Source: Flavobacterium sp. (GTDB lineage Bacteria > Bacteroidota > Bacteroidia > Flavobacteriales > Flavobacteriaceae). From it: 42,721 bases of DNA. The stretch's first letter is position 1. Each line of letters begins with the position of its first letter. Below the pieces are notes generated by a model. It had not been told where the DNA came from and did no database searches. It was given only the letters and a program-made list of their open reading frames with translations. The stretch is from positions 1 through 42,721 of the forward strand of contig JBILST010000001.1 in the NCBI GenBank assembly GCA_044371865.1, read 5' to 3'. Made by a program: the position numbers and the translations under genes. Shown here piece by piece: positions 26,107 through 34,223 of this stretch.

Positions 26107-26589
26107 ATGAAAAATATTTTACTCTTTTCATTATTGTTGCTAATAATTTCCTGCCAGTACTTCGAAAAACAAGTGCCTGATGAGAAAGAATTGTTAGAAC
26201 AAGAATTAAAAAAAATCAATTGGGACGAAGTGGATGAATTTCCTTCGGTTTTGCAATGCGATACGATTAAAGTTGCTGAAATAAAAAGACAATGTTTCTT
26301 CGATTATATGTCACAAACTATTCAAGAACGAATAGGAATCGACACACTGCGTTTTGAATATCCAGAAATCGACACCATCAACGTAAAAATTACCGTAAAT
26401 CCCGATTCGAGTTTACAATTCGAAACCCAATATCCAAACGATAACATTGCTTTAGCAGATAAAACAAAAATCGATAGTATTCTAACCTCAAGATTATCCG
26501 ATTTTCCAAAAGTAGAACCGGCGATTAAAAGAGGAGTGAAAGTAAAAACACAATTTGTGCTTCCAGTGATTATTAAAATGGAGAAATAA
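26107..26589 (+). CDS. Hypothetical lipoprotein with TonB-C-like tail
   Basis: Lipobox IISC; VDEFP, PAIKRGVKVKTQFVLPV. Confidence 0.7.
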   Translation: MKNILLFSLLLLIISCQYFEKQVPDEKELLEQELKKINWDEVDEFPSVLQCDTIKVAEIKRQCFFDYMSQTIQERIGIDTLRFEYPEIDTINVKITVNPDSSLQFETQYPNDNIALADKTKIDSILTSRLSDFPKVEPAIKRGVKVKTQFVLPVIIKMEK

Positions 26590-26615
26590 GCAAGGACAAA
26601 ATCAAGTTTAAATTG

Positions 26616-26802
26616 GGAACACAGATTTAAGAAATTTCAATAATTTCAATAATCTTAATTGAACTTAATTAAAAAAAATGTCCACTTCAAAAAACTTACA
26701 TGATTTATATGTTAAAAACAATTCATACCAATTTTTATTATTTTGTCAAATCGAAAGGAGTCGAGATTTTTTAATTTCTCAAATTTATTAAATCTGTGTT
26801 CC
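26616..26802. repeat. Non-coding segment bounded by a 22-bp inverted repeat (MITE-like remnant)
   Basis: GGAACACAGATTTAAGAAATTT (26616-26637) versus AAATTTATTAAATCTGTGTTCC (26781-26802), 21/22 complementary. Confidence 0.65.
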
Positions 26803-26816
26803 AAAAACTTTGCTTA

Positions 26817-27920
26817 TTATTTTCTAAAATTTCTTCCTTTCCAAGTATACTTTCCAAACAACGAATACACCGCCACCGAAACACTAAAAAAAGGATACAA
26901 CAAACTACTCGCTAACACATATTGTAATTTCGATTCGAAGAAATTAGCAGTTTTGTAAATCAAGATAAAATCAATTAGAAATTTCAATGCAACAAAAAGC
27001 ATGAAAATGTTTTGATCTAATAAACCTACCAACCAAAGTAGAAAACTCACTATCCAAGTCAAATTTCCGCCAAAAACCACAAGCGCTAACAGCTTTCCAT
27101 AAACAGAAGAGTAACCCGTACTTTTCGAAGCCCAACGAACACGTTGTTGAAACAATTCTGACCATGTTTCAACTGATTTTGTTGCGACAATACTTTCTTT
27201 AGCCAATAAAAAACCTACTTTCTTCGGAGCGAGTGAAACTGCTTTTTGAAGCAGAAAAACATCGTCTCCGCTGGCTATGGTTTCATTTCCCTGAAAACCG
27301 TTTAATTCCTTGAAAAATTGTTTGAAATAGGCGAAATTAGCACCATTACACATAAAAGGTTGTTTGATTCCAAAACTGCCAATCGTGGCGCCTTGTAAAC
27401 TCAAGAAATCTAAATTCTGAAAAGCGGATAAAAAGTCTTTTTTTGGAACATAACAAACGCCAGAAGCTACCATTTCAACTTCATTTTCCTGAATGTATTG
27501 GTCGTAAATCGTCAACCAATCTTTCTGAACCAAACAATCGGCATCGGTAGTTATAATCCAATCGTGTTTAGCTATTTGAATCGCGGTTTCAATGGCATCT
27601 TTTTTTGGTGAATTTGATTTTCTCTCGTTCTTAATTACTTTCAAACTGAACACTGAATGCTGAACACTGAACACTTCTTCAGAGTCATCATCCACCAAAA
27701 TCACTTCCACTAATTCTTTCGGATAATTCAATAAGGAAATAGAATGCAATAAATTCGGGAGATTTTCTTTTTCGTTTCGGAACGGAACTACAATGGTAAA
27801 AGATGTTTTTGGAGTGAATTCCTTTTTAGAAAAGCGTTTCATTCGATTAAATCCATAAATCAGTTGCCCAATGAACAGAAGGTAAATGAGAAAAACAGTT
27901 CCGAGAATTAATTCCAACAT
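26817..27920 (-). CDS. Glycosyltransferase family 2, membrane-bound
   Basis: VPFRNE, VDDDS, TDADC, GDD, QRVRW. Confidence 0.9.
   Translation of the reverse strand: MLELILGTVFLIYLLFIGQLIYGFNRMKRFSKKEFTPKTSFTIVVPFRNEKENLPNLLHSISLLNYPKELVEVILVDDDSEEVFSVQHSVFSLKVIKNERKSNSPKKDAIETAIQIAKHDWIITTDADCLVQKDWLTIYDQYIQENEVEMVASGVCYVPKKDFLSAFQNLDFLSLQGATIGSFGIKQPFMCNGANFAYFKQFFKELNGFQGNETIASGDDVFLLQKAVSLAPKKVGFLLAKESIVATKSVETWSELFQQRVRWASKSTGYSSVYGKLLALVVFGGNLTWIVSFLLWLVGLLDQNIFMLFVALKFLIDFILIYKTANFFESKLQYVLASSLLYPFFSVSVAVYSLFGKYTWKGRNFRK
27645..27675. repeat. Heptamer array inside the GT2 coding sequence
   Basis: ACTGAAC-ACTGAAT-GCTGAAC-ACTGAAC-ACT; reads as VFSVQHSVFS on the minus strand. Confidence 0.75.
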
Positions 27921-27934
27921 AATTTAAAAAAAGT

Positions 27935-28042
27935 TCTATGTGAGTTATGTTTAGTGAAACGCCCGAAGCTTCGGACTAAAATCAACACAATCAAAATCTA
28001 TTGTGGCTATGTGTTAAATTTTAAAACACATAGAAACATAGT
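27935..28042. repeat. Cluster of palindromic intergenic repeats
   Basis: CCGAAGCTTCGG (27963-27974); CTATGTGTT-N9-AACACATAG (28007-28033). Confidence 0.6.
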
Positions 28043-28102
28043 AAAAGTGTGAAAAAATATTGAGAAGACAAAGAAAACTTCGTTTTTACACAAAGAAATC
28101 GG

Positions 28103-29032
28103 TTATACTTTTTTGTCATTCAACTTAAATCGCATTACATAATAACTTCCAATCACCACAGGTAAAACTACGTTTAAAAACCACATCAACGTACTAATGA
28201 AAATTACAATCCATTCGTTAACGCCATATTTACCAAAGAAAAACATCGCCACACTACCTTTTACAGCGAAATCTAAAAATTGAAAACTTGGTAACGAAGA
28301 AGCTAAAAAGTAAACCGCAGCAATCGAACTAATTAAAGTCAGATAAGGTAAATCTACATCAAAAACTAAAAATAAAACATAATATTGATGCGAGAAAACC
28401 AAGTAGCGACAAACACCCAACAAAATATTTTTTCGATGAATCTTTTTTGGGATTTCGTTAATTTTATGCAATAATTTTTGAATCGAATAACCTTTTATGG
28501 TGATGTTTTTCGAGAGGATTGAAGCAAAAAATAAAACAACAGCAATTCCAATAATCGCTAAAGCCCATTTCCAATATCCAATTAAAATCAATCCAATAGT
28601 TCCGAAAATAATCGTTAATATCATTTGGATTCCGTTGCAAATCAAGTTTAAAAATACCACTTTTTTAGTTTGTTCTTTCTTAAAAAACATGGCTTTTCCA
28701 GCATATTCTCCTAGACCATTTGGAGTGAAAATTCCAGCAGTTAAAGCGCCTAAAACTTGTTTACTTGCTTCCCCAATGGATATAGGTTTTATGAAATCCA
28801 CCAAATTCTGCCATTTTAAAATCTCAAAATAACGATTCGAAACACTAAATAATAAAATGAAAATAATGGTTAGGACAGAAGTTTTTTCCAAAACTAAAGT
28901 CTGGAATTTACTCCATTCTAATTTTGAATTTCCAGCAATTTGGTCATAAATAAAATAAAACGCACCAATTACAATCAAAAGTTTGATGGTAAAAACAAGG
29001 AATTGCTTAGCTTTGTGAGGAATTGAAATCAT
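28103..29032 (-). CDS. Lysylphosphatidylglycerol-synthase TM-domain (flippase-like) membrane protein
   Basis: Multiple TM helices; KWQ.L, FTPNGLGEYAG. Confidence 0.7.
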   Translation of the reverse strand: MISIPHKAKQFLVFTIKLLIVIGAFYFIYDQIAGNSKLEWSKFQTLVLEKTSVLTIIFILLFSVSNRYFEILKWQNLVDFIKPISIGEASKQVLGALTAGIFTPNGLGEYAGKAMFFKKEQTKKVVFLNLICNGIQMILTIIFGTIGLILIGYWKWALAIIGIAVVLFFASILSKNITIKGYSIQKLLHKINEIPKKIHRKNILLGVCRYLVFSHQYYVLFLVFDVDLPYLTLISSIAAVYFLASSLPSFQFLDFAVKGSVAMFFFGKYGVNEWIVIFISTLMWFLNVVLPVVIGSYYVMRFKLNDKKV

Positions 29033-29047
29033 GTTGCAAAGAAACGA

Positions 29048-29079
29048 AAACTTTGAACTTGAAACTTGAAACTTGAAAC
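29048..29079. repeat. AACTTGA heptamer array upstream of ruvC
   Basis: AAACTTTG-AACTTGA-AACTTGA-AACTTGA-AAC ending 7 nt before the TTG start. Confidence 0.7.
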
Positions 29080-29086
29080 AAAATAA

Positions 29087-29641
29087 TTGGCAAACGAACG
29101 CATCATATTAGGAATTGACCCAGGAACTACGATTATGGGTTTTGGATTAATCAAAGTAGTCAACAAGAAAATGGAATTTCTGCAGTTGAACGAACTTATT
29201 TTGTCCAAATACGATAACCATTATCAGAAATTAAAAGTCATTTTTGAACGTACCATAGAATTAATCGACACGCACAATCCAGATGAAATTGCCATTGAAG
29301 CGCCTTTCTTTGGGAAAAACGTACAATCGATGTTGAAATTAGGAAGAGCACAAGGCGTTGCCATGGCAGCCGGACTTTCAAGAGATATTCCCATTACAGA
29401 ATACGAACCTAAAAAAATAAAAATGGCCATCACTGGAAACGGAAACGCTAGTAAAGAACAAGTAGCCAAAATGTTGCAACAATTATTAGGTTTAAAAGAA
29501 TTACCAAAAAATCTCGACTCAACCGAGGGTTTGGCAGCTGCGGTTTGTCATTTTTTCAATTCTGGAAAAGTAGTTGGCGAAAAAAGTTATTCGGGTTGGG
29601 ATGCTTTTGTGAAGAATAATGAAGATAGAGTAAAAAAATAG
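29087..29641 (+). CDS. ruvC: Holliday junction resolvase RuvC
   Basis: ILGIDPG, AIE..F, KLGRAQG, IK..ITGNG.ASKEQV..M, LDSTEGLA. Confidence 0.95.
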   Translation: MANERIILGIDPGTTIMGFGLIKVVNKKMEFLQLNELILSKYDNHYQKLKVIFERTIELIDTHNPDEIAIEAPFFGKNVQSMLKLGRAQGVAMAAGLSRDIPITEYEPKKIKMAITGNGNASKEQVAKMLQQLLGLKELPKNLDSTEGLAAAVCHFFNSGKVVGEKSYSGWDAFVKNNEDRVKK

Positions 29642-30115
29642 TGCTCAGTGTTCAGTTTTTAGTGTTCAGTATAATATCGTGTAAACAACAATATGAGATT
29701 TCAAGATTTATTAGCTTATAAAAAAGGATTTGATGTTGCAATGGAAGTTTTTGAAATATCAAAAAGTTTTCCAAAAGAAGAAACTTATTCTTTAACAGAT
29801 CAAATTAGAAGAAGTTCAAGAAGTGTAACAATCACAATAGCTGAAGCTTACCGTAAAAGGGAATATCCAAAATATTTTCACAGCAAATTAACTGATGCAG
29901 ATGCAGAAAATTCTGAAACACAAGGTTGGTTAGAATATGCTTTAGCTTGTAAATATATTACTCAAGAGACATTTGACTATTTGACTGAAAAATCAAAAGA
30001 AGTCGGAAGATTAATAAATTACATGATTTTAAACCCGGGAAAATTCGGTTCAAAATCTGAAAACTAAATACAACTGTATCTAGTACTGAACACTAAAAAC
30101 TGAACACTGAGCACT
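29640..30115. mobile_element. Four-helix-bundle gene cassette bounded by perfect 32-bp inverted repeats
   Basis: AGTGCTCAGTGTTCAGTTTTTAGTGTTCAGTA (29640-29671) is the exact reverse complement of 30084-30115; mobility itself is inferred. Confidence 0.7.
29693..30067 (+). CDS. Four helix bundle protein (23S rRNA-IVP / Avd-like family)
   Basis: FQDL.AY, FPKEETYSLTDQIRRSSRSV...IAE, E.SET..WL. Confidence 0.92.
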   Translation: MRFQDLLAYKKGFDVAMEVFEISKSFPKEETYSLTDQIRRSSRSVTITIAEAYRKREYPKYFHSKLTDADAENSETQGWLEYALACKYITQETFDYLTEKSKEVGRLINYMILNPGKFGSKSEN

Positions 30116-30120
30116 TAAAT

Positions 30121-31251
30121 ATGAGCGGCATCTACATTCACATACCTTTTTGCAAACAAGCTTGTCACTATTGTGATTTTCATTTTTCTACTAATTTGAA
30201 GAAGAAAGATGAAATGGTTTTGGCATTGGCTAAGGAAATTGAAATGCGTAAAAACGAGTTTCAAAACGATATTGTAGAAACCATTTATTTTGGTGGTGGA
30301 ACGCCGAGTATTTTAGAAATTTCTGATTTAAAATTTTTGATTGATGCAGTATATCGAAATTATAAAGTGGTTGATAATCCAGAAATTACGGTAGAAGCCA
30401 ATCCAGATGATTTAACGGAGAATCGAATTGTCGAACTATCAAAAAATAAAGTCAACCGATTGTCAATCGGAATTCAATCGTTTTTTGAAAACGATTTAAA
30501 GATGATGAATCGTGCGCACAATGTGGAAGAAGCTAAAAAATGTTTGGAAATTGCCACACACTATTTCGATAATATTTCCATTGATTTGATTTACGGAGTT
30601 CCAGAAATGTCTAATGAAAAATGGTTGCAAAATATCGAAACTGCTTTGTCTTTCGGTGTGCCACATATTTCGAGTTATGCTTTAACAGTTGAATCTAAAA
30701 CCGCTTTGCATTCGTTCATCCAAAAGGGAATCATTCCGCCACCAGATGATGAAGTAGCTCAAGAGCATTTTCAAATTTTGGTCGACAAACTTTCAGAAAA
30801 CGGATTCATTCACTACGAATTATCGAATTTTGGGAAAGAAAATTATTTTTCCAAAAACAATTCTAGTTATTGGTTGGGCAAAAAATACATCGGAATTGGT
30901 CCGTCAGCACATAGTTATGATGGAAAAAATCGAGGTTGGAATGTTTCTAATAATTCGTTGTATATTAAATCGATTCAAGAAAATAAATTGCCCATAGAAA
31001 TTGAAACCTTAACCAAAACCGATCGTTACAACGAATATATTATGACGGGTTTACGCACGATTTGGGGCGTTTCATTAGCACGAATCGAACAAGAATTTGG
31101 GAAAAATTATTTGGATTATTTGAACCAACAAGCAGCAAAATTCATTGAAGATCATTTGTTGTTTGTAGATGATAACATTTTGCGAACTACTAAAAAAGGA
31201 AAGTTTTTGAGTGATGGAATAGCAAGTGATTTGTTTTTATTAAATAAGTAA
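30121..31251 (+). CDS. hemW: Radical SAM heme chaperone HemW (HemN-like)
   Basis: IYIHIPFCKQACHYCDF, YFGGGTPS, EANP, YELSNF. Confidence 0.92.
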   Translation: MSGIYIHIPFCKQACHYCDFHFSTNLKKKDEMVLALAKEIEMRKNEFQNDIVETIYFGGGTPSILEISDLKFLIDAVYRNYKVVDNPEITVEANPDDLTENRIVELSKNKVNRLSIGIQSFFENDLKMMNRAHNVEEAKKCLEIATHYFDNISIDLIYGVPEMSNEKWLQNIETALSFGVPHISSYALTVESKTALHSFIQKGIIPPPDDEVAQEHFQILVDKLSENGFIHYELSNFGKENYFSKNNSSYWLGKKYIGIGPSAHSYDGKNRGWNVSNNSLYIKSIQENKLPIEIETLTKTDRYNEYIMTGLRTIWGVSLARIEQEFGKNYLDYLNQQAAKFIEDHLLFVDDNILRTTKKGKFLSDGIASDLFLLNK

Positions 31252-31255
31252 GGTT

Positions 31256-31636
31256 TTATTTAGTAGTAAATAAACTCAATGTTAAATTCAAAACACCGGT
31301 CAACAAAGCGCTGCCAAAATCACTAACTCCATTTGGATTAAATGAGTCGATTTTAGAATTATATATGGTATTTTCAGGAATGAAAATAGAATTTTTATAT
31401 TCAAATTGACCTTTGTAAACTGAAAAATTATCATTCATCATCGTAGCTCTATTATAAATAGAAAAGTCATTTTTTGTGTAAAAATTTAGTTGATTAAAAG
31501 ATAAAAAAGAATAAGTTGTATTCAGATTACTATTCATTTTAATCGGTTGCAGAATTGGTTGAATAGAGTCTGTTTTTATTTGTGCAAAAGAACAAACATT
31601 TGATAAAAGCACTATGATAACAAAATATTTTTTCAT
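31256..31636 (-). CDS. Secreted hypothetical protein
   Basis: Signal peptide; C-terminal IDSFNPNG..D...AL..G. Confidence 0.6.
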   Translation of the reverse strand: MKKYFVIIVLLSNVCSFAQIKTDSIQPILQPIKMNSNLNTTYSFLSFNQLNFYTKNDFSIYNRATMMNDNFSVYKGQFEYKNSIFIPENTIYNSKIDSFNPNGVSDFGSALLTGVLNLTLSLFTTK

Positions 31637-31816
31637 TTTAAGTTTCTTTTAGATCTAAAGAACACTTTAAAATTAATTAATTATAAATTTAAATACAATT
31701 AATTGAGGTGAATTTATTAATTCTTTAACTACTTCCAATTTGTTTTTATTAAATTTGGGATGATTATGAACCACTAAGAACATAAAGAAAGCACAAAGCT
31801 TAGTGAAAACTCTGAG

Positions 31817-31832
31817 TCCCGAAGCTTTGGGA
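31817..31832. repeat. REP-like palindrome, second copy of CCGAAGCTTCGG
   Basis: TCCCGAAGCTTTGGGA, one mismatch. Confidence 0.55.
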
Positions 31833-31849
31833 TTTGCTCTAAAAAAAAT

Positions 31850-32608
31850 ATGAAAGCAACCATCAACAACCTACAAATAGACCTATCAAAACCCATTGAT
31901 ATTTCCATACCTTTAACTAATAACGAGCAAAATCCGATTGCGTGGTATCAAAATGGACCTGAAATTGCACCTGTAACTATGGGTGATTGGGTTGGAAAAG
32001 TTTCGGAAGGAAAATCTTCTACGAATTTTAATAATATTTTCTTCAATCCGCACGCGCACGGAACGCATACAGAGTGTTTAGGTCATATTACCCGTGATTT
32101 TTACTCAATTAATCAATGTTTAAAGCAGTTTTTCTTTACTGCGGAATTGATTTCTGTGGAACCAAAAACGATTGGAGAAGATTTAGTTATTACAAAAGAG
32201 CAAATAGAAGAGACATTGCATTGCAACGTCTCAACAGAAGCCATCATCATTAGGACATTACCAAATCCGGAAAGTAAAAAACATTTAAATTATTCCAATA
32301 CGAATCCGCCCTATTTAGAAGAAGCGGCTGCAATTTACATCAGAGAAAAAGGCATCCAACATTTGTTAATAGATTTACCTAGTGTAGACAAAGAACACGA
32401 TGAAGGAAAATTATTGGCACACAAAGCGTTTTGGAATGTAAAAGATGTGAATCAAGTAAACAAAGATGCTCGTTTTAATTGTACAATTACCGAAATGATT
32501 TACGTTAATGATGCTGTAAAAGACGGAAGTTATCTGTTGAATTTACAATTCGCTTCGTTTGAGAATGATGCTTCGCCATCGAAACCAGTTTTGTATAGTT
32601 TGGAGTAG
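31850..32608 (+). CDS. Cyclase-family metal hydrolase (kynurenine formamidase-like)
   Basis: HAHGTHTE, IDLPSVD, EM, DASPS. Confidence 0.88.
   Translation: MKATINNLQIDLSKPIDISIPLTNNEQNPIAWYQNGPEIAPVTMGDWVGKVSEGKSSTNFNNIFFNPHAHGTHTECLGHITRDFYSINQCLKQFFFTAELISVEPKTIGEDLVITKEQIEETLHCNVSTEAIIIRTLPNPESKKHLNYSNTNPPYLEEAAAIYIREKGIQHLLIDLPSVDKEHDEGKLLAHKAFWNVKDVNQVNKDARFNCTITEMIYVNDAVKDGSYLLNLQFASFENDASPSKPVLYSLE
32207..32235. repeat. REP-like palindrome embedded in frame in the cyclase gene
   Basis: GAA-GAGACATTGCA-T-TGCAACGTCTC-AAC, encoding EETLHCNVST. Confidence 0.65.
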
Positions 32609-32617
32609 GGAGTTTTT

Positions 32618-33004
32618 ATGAAAAAGTTTTTGATAATATTAGCTTCTATTTTAATTTTATTCTTGATGTATTTGGTATTTTGGCTTTATTCTGCTTCTGA
32701 TACCAAGAATGTTCGTTTATCTGGTTATGTTTTTGATAAAGAAACAAATAAACCCATTCAAAATGCCATAATCAAAGTAGAAAATCAACGTTATGAAAGT
32801 GATAATGGAACTTCAAATTACAGTGAATATTTTGGGAAAGATAATTATGACTTGAAATCTGATGAAAATGGGTTTTATGAAATCAAAATTCCTAAAAGCG
32901 CATTCATAGTAATAGAAGTTAAGAAAAATGGTTATAAAATCGAATCAGATAGTGACTTTTCATTCAAATATATGAGGTTTAAAACTTTTTTAGAAAAAAA
33001 CTAA
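32618..33004 (+). CDS. Membrane-anchored carboxypeptidase-regulatory-like (prealbumin fold) domain protein
   Basis: TM helix then LSGYVFDKETNKPI.NA.I, SDENG.Y.I, KNGY. Confidence 0.65.
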   Translation: MKKFLIILASILILFLMYLVFWLYSASDTKNVRLSGYVFDKETNKPIQNAIIKVENQRYESDNGTSNYSEYFGKDNYDLKSDENGFYEIKIPKSAFIVIEVKKNGYKIESDSDFSFKYMRFKTFLEKN

Positions 33005-33030
33005 TTACTAATTACTTTTCACTAATCACT
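33000..33030. repeat. ACTAATT heptamer array filling the intergenic gap
   Basis: ACTAATT-ACTAATT-ACTTTTC-ACTAATC-ACT; overlaps the upstream TAA and ends 4 nt before ATG. Confidence 0.65.
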
Positions 33031-33034
33031 CAAA

Positions 33035-33406
33035 ATGGATATTCAACAACTATACGAATTCTGTCAATCTAAAAAAGGCGTCACCGAACATTTTCCATTT
33101 GATGAAGATACGTTGGTGTTTAAAGTAGGTGGAAAAATGTTTTGTTTAACTTCGTTATCTGAATGGGAAAAAGGTACACCATCGTTAAATTTAAAATGCA
33201 ATCCAGAACGCGCTTTGGAACTTCGAGCTGAATATGAAGCGATTGAACCAGGCTACCACATGAGTAAAGTACATTGGAATACCGTTCGTTTTCACGGTGA
33301 TGTTTCCGATAAAATGATGTGCGAATTGATTAATCATTCTTACGAACTTATTTTCAAAAGTTTAACGAAAAAAGTCCAGCAAGAAATTCAAGAATTAGAA
33401 AATTAG
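33035..33406 (+). CDS. MmcQ/YjbR family DNA-binding protein
   Basis: FPFDEDTLVFKVGGKMF, LKC.P, PGYHMSK.HWN, I.HSY. Confidence 0.92.
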   Translation: MDIQQLYEFCQSKKGVTEHFPFDEDTLVFKVGGKMFCLTSLSEWEKGTPSLNLKCNPERALELRAEYEAIEPGYHMSKVHWNTVRFHGDVSDKMMCELINHSYELIFKSLTKKVQQEIQELEN

Positions 33407-33449
33407 GCATTACTTTTGTGCTATTAAAAGAAAATTCAAAGGAACTATC

Positions 33450-34145
33450 ATGATAGACAACTTAAAAAAAATATTAAACGAAGATCAAGACCCAAAAGCT
33501 ATTGAGAAAATAACAGCTAAATTGGAGAATCTTTTAATGTCGAATGAAGAAGTAGGCTACATTGCCGTTCAGAAAAAGCCAGCGGTAACTATTTTTCCAG
33601 ACAGCATTGTAGTAACCAACAAACGTATCATTTTGTGTAAGCCTAAAAACTTAGGATTGTCCATGGAATTCATTGATTACGATTGGGATGATATTTCAGG
33701 CTCATTTGTAAAAGAAGGGATTTTAGGTGCCGATTTTACGTTTACTACTAATTCAGATTTAACACAAACAGTTGATTATTTACCCAAAAATCAAGCGCGA
33801 AAATTATATACGTACGCAAAAGAGCAATTGGATTTATTGAAAAATCCAAAGGTAGCCACTCCAGTTGTGGAAGAAGTTAAAGTAGAAACGCCAGTTCAAG
33901 AAGAAGCTATTGAGGAAATTCAAGCGGAAGAAGTAACGCATTTTGCAGAGTTAATGCCAACACCAAATGATGTGATTCGTGATACGGAAGTTGAAGCGCC
34001 AATTTCAGAAGAAAAAGGATTAGCCCATTTAACGCAAGATGAATTGTTTGCCAAACTTCAGAACTATAAAAAATTATTGGATAACGGTTTAATCCTTCAA
34101 GGAGAATATGATAGATTGAAATCGGAAATTTTGAAGTTTTTGTAA
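33450..34145 (+). CDS. Bacterial PH-domain protein with C-terminal SHOCT domain
   Basis: IVVTNKRII; acidic linker; L..YK.LLD.GLI...EYD..K..IL. Confidence 0.8.
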   Translation: MIDNLKKILNEDQDPKAIEKITAKLENLLMSNEEVGYIAVQKKPAVTIFPDSIVVTNKRIILCKPKNLGLSMEFIDYDWDDISGSFVKEGILGADFTFTTNSDLTQTVDYLPKNQARKLYTYAKEQLDLLKNPKVATPVVEEVKVETPVQEEAIEEIQAEEVTHFAELMPTPNDVIRDTEVEAPISEEKGLAHLTQDELFAKLQNYKKLLDNGLILQGEYDRLKSEILKFL

Positions 34146-34166
34146 GTTTATCTAAAAATTTAAATC

Positions 34167-34203
34167 AAAAAAGGCAATAGTAAATAAAAACTATTGCCTT
34201 TTT
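34167..34203. terminator. Bidirectional intrinsic terminator
   Basis: AAAAAAGGCAATAGT...ACTATTGCCTTTTT between convergent genes. Confidence 0.8.
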
Positions 34204-34223
34204 GCTTTTGCCTAATGGCAATT

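Noticed and set aside
26743-26958. 71-aa ORF across the IR element and the GT2 3' end
   Set aside because: Overlaps a repeat arm and is antisense to GT2; likely spurious
29640-30115. Classical IS element or a DGR
   Set aside because: The enclosed ORF is not a transposase, no target duplication is seen, and there is no reverse transcriptase or template/variable repeat pair in the window
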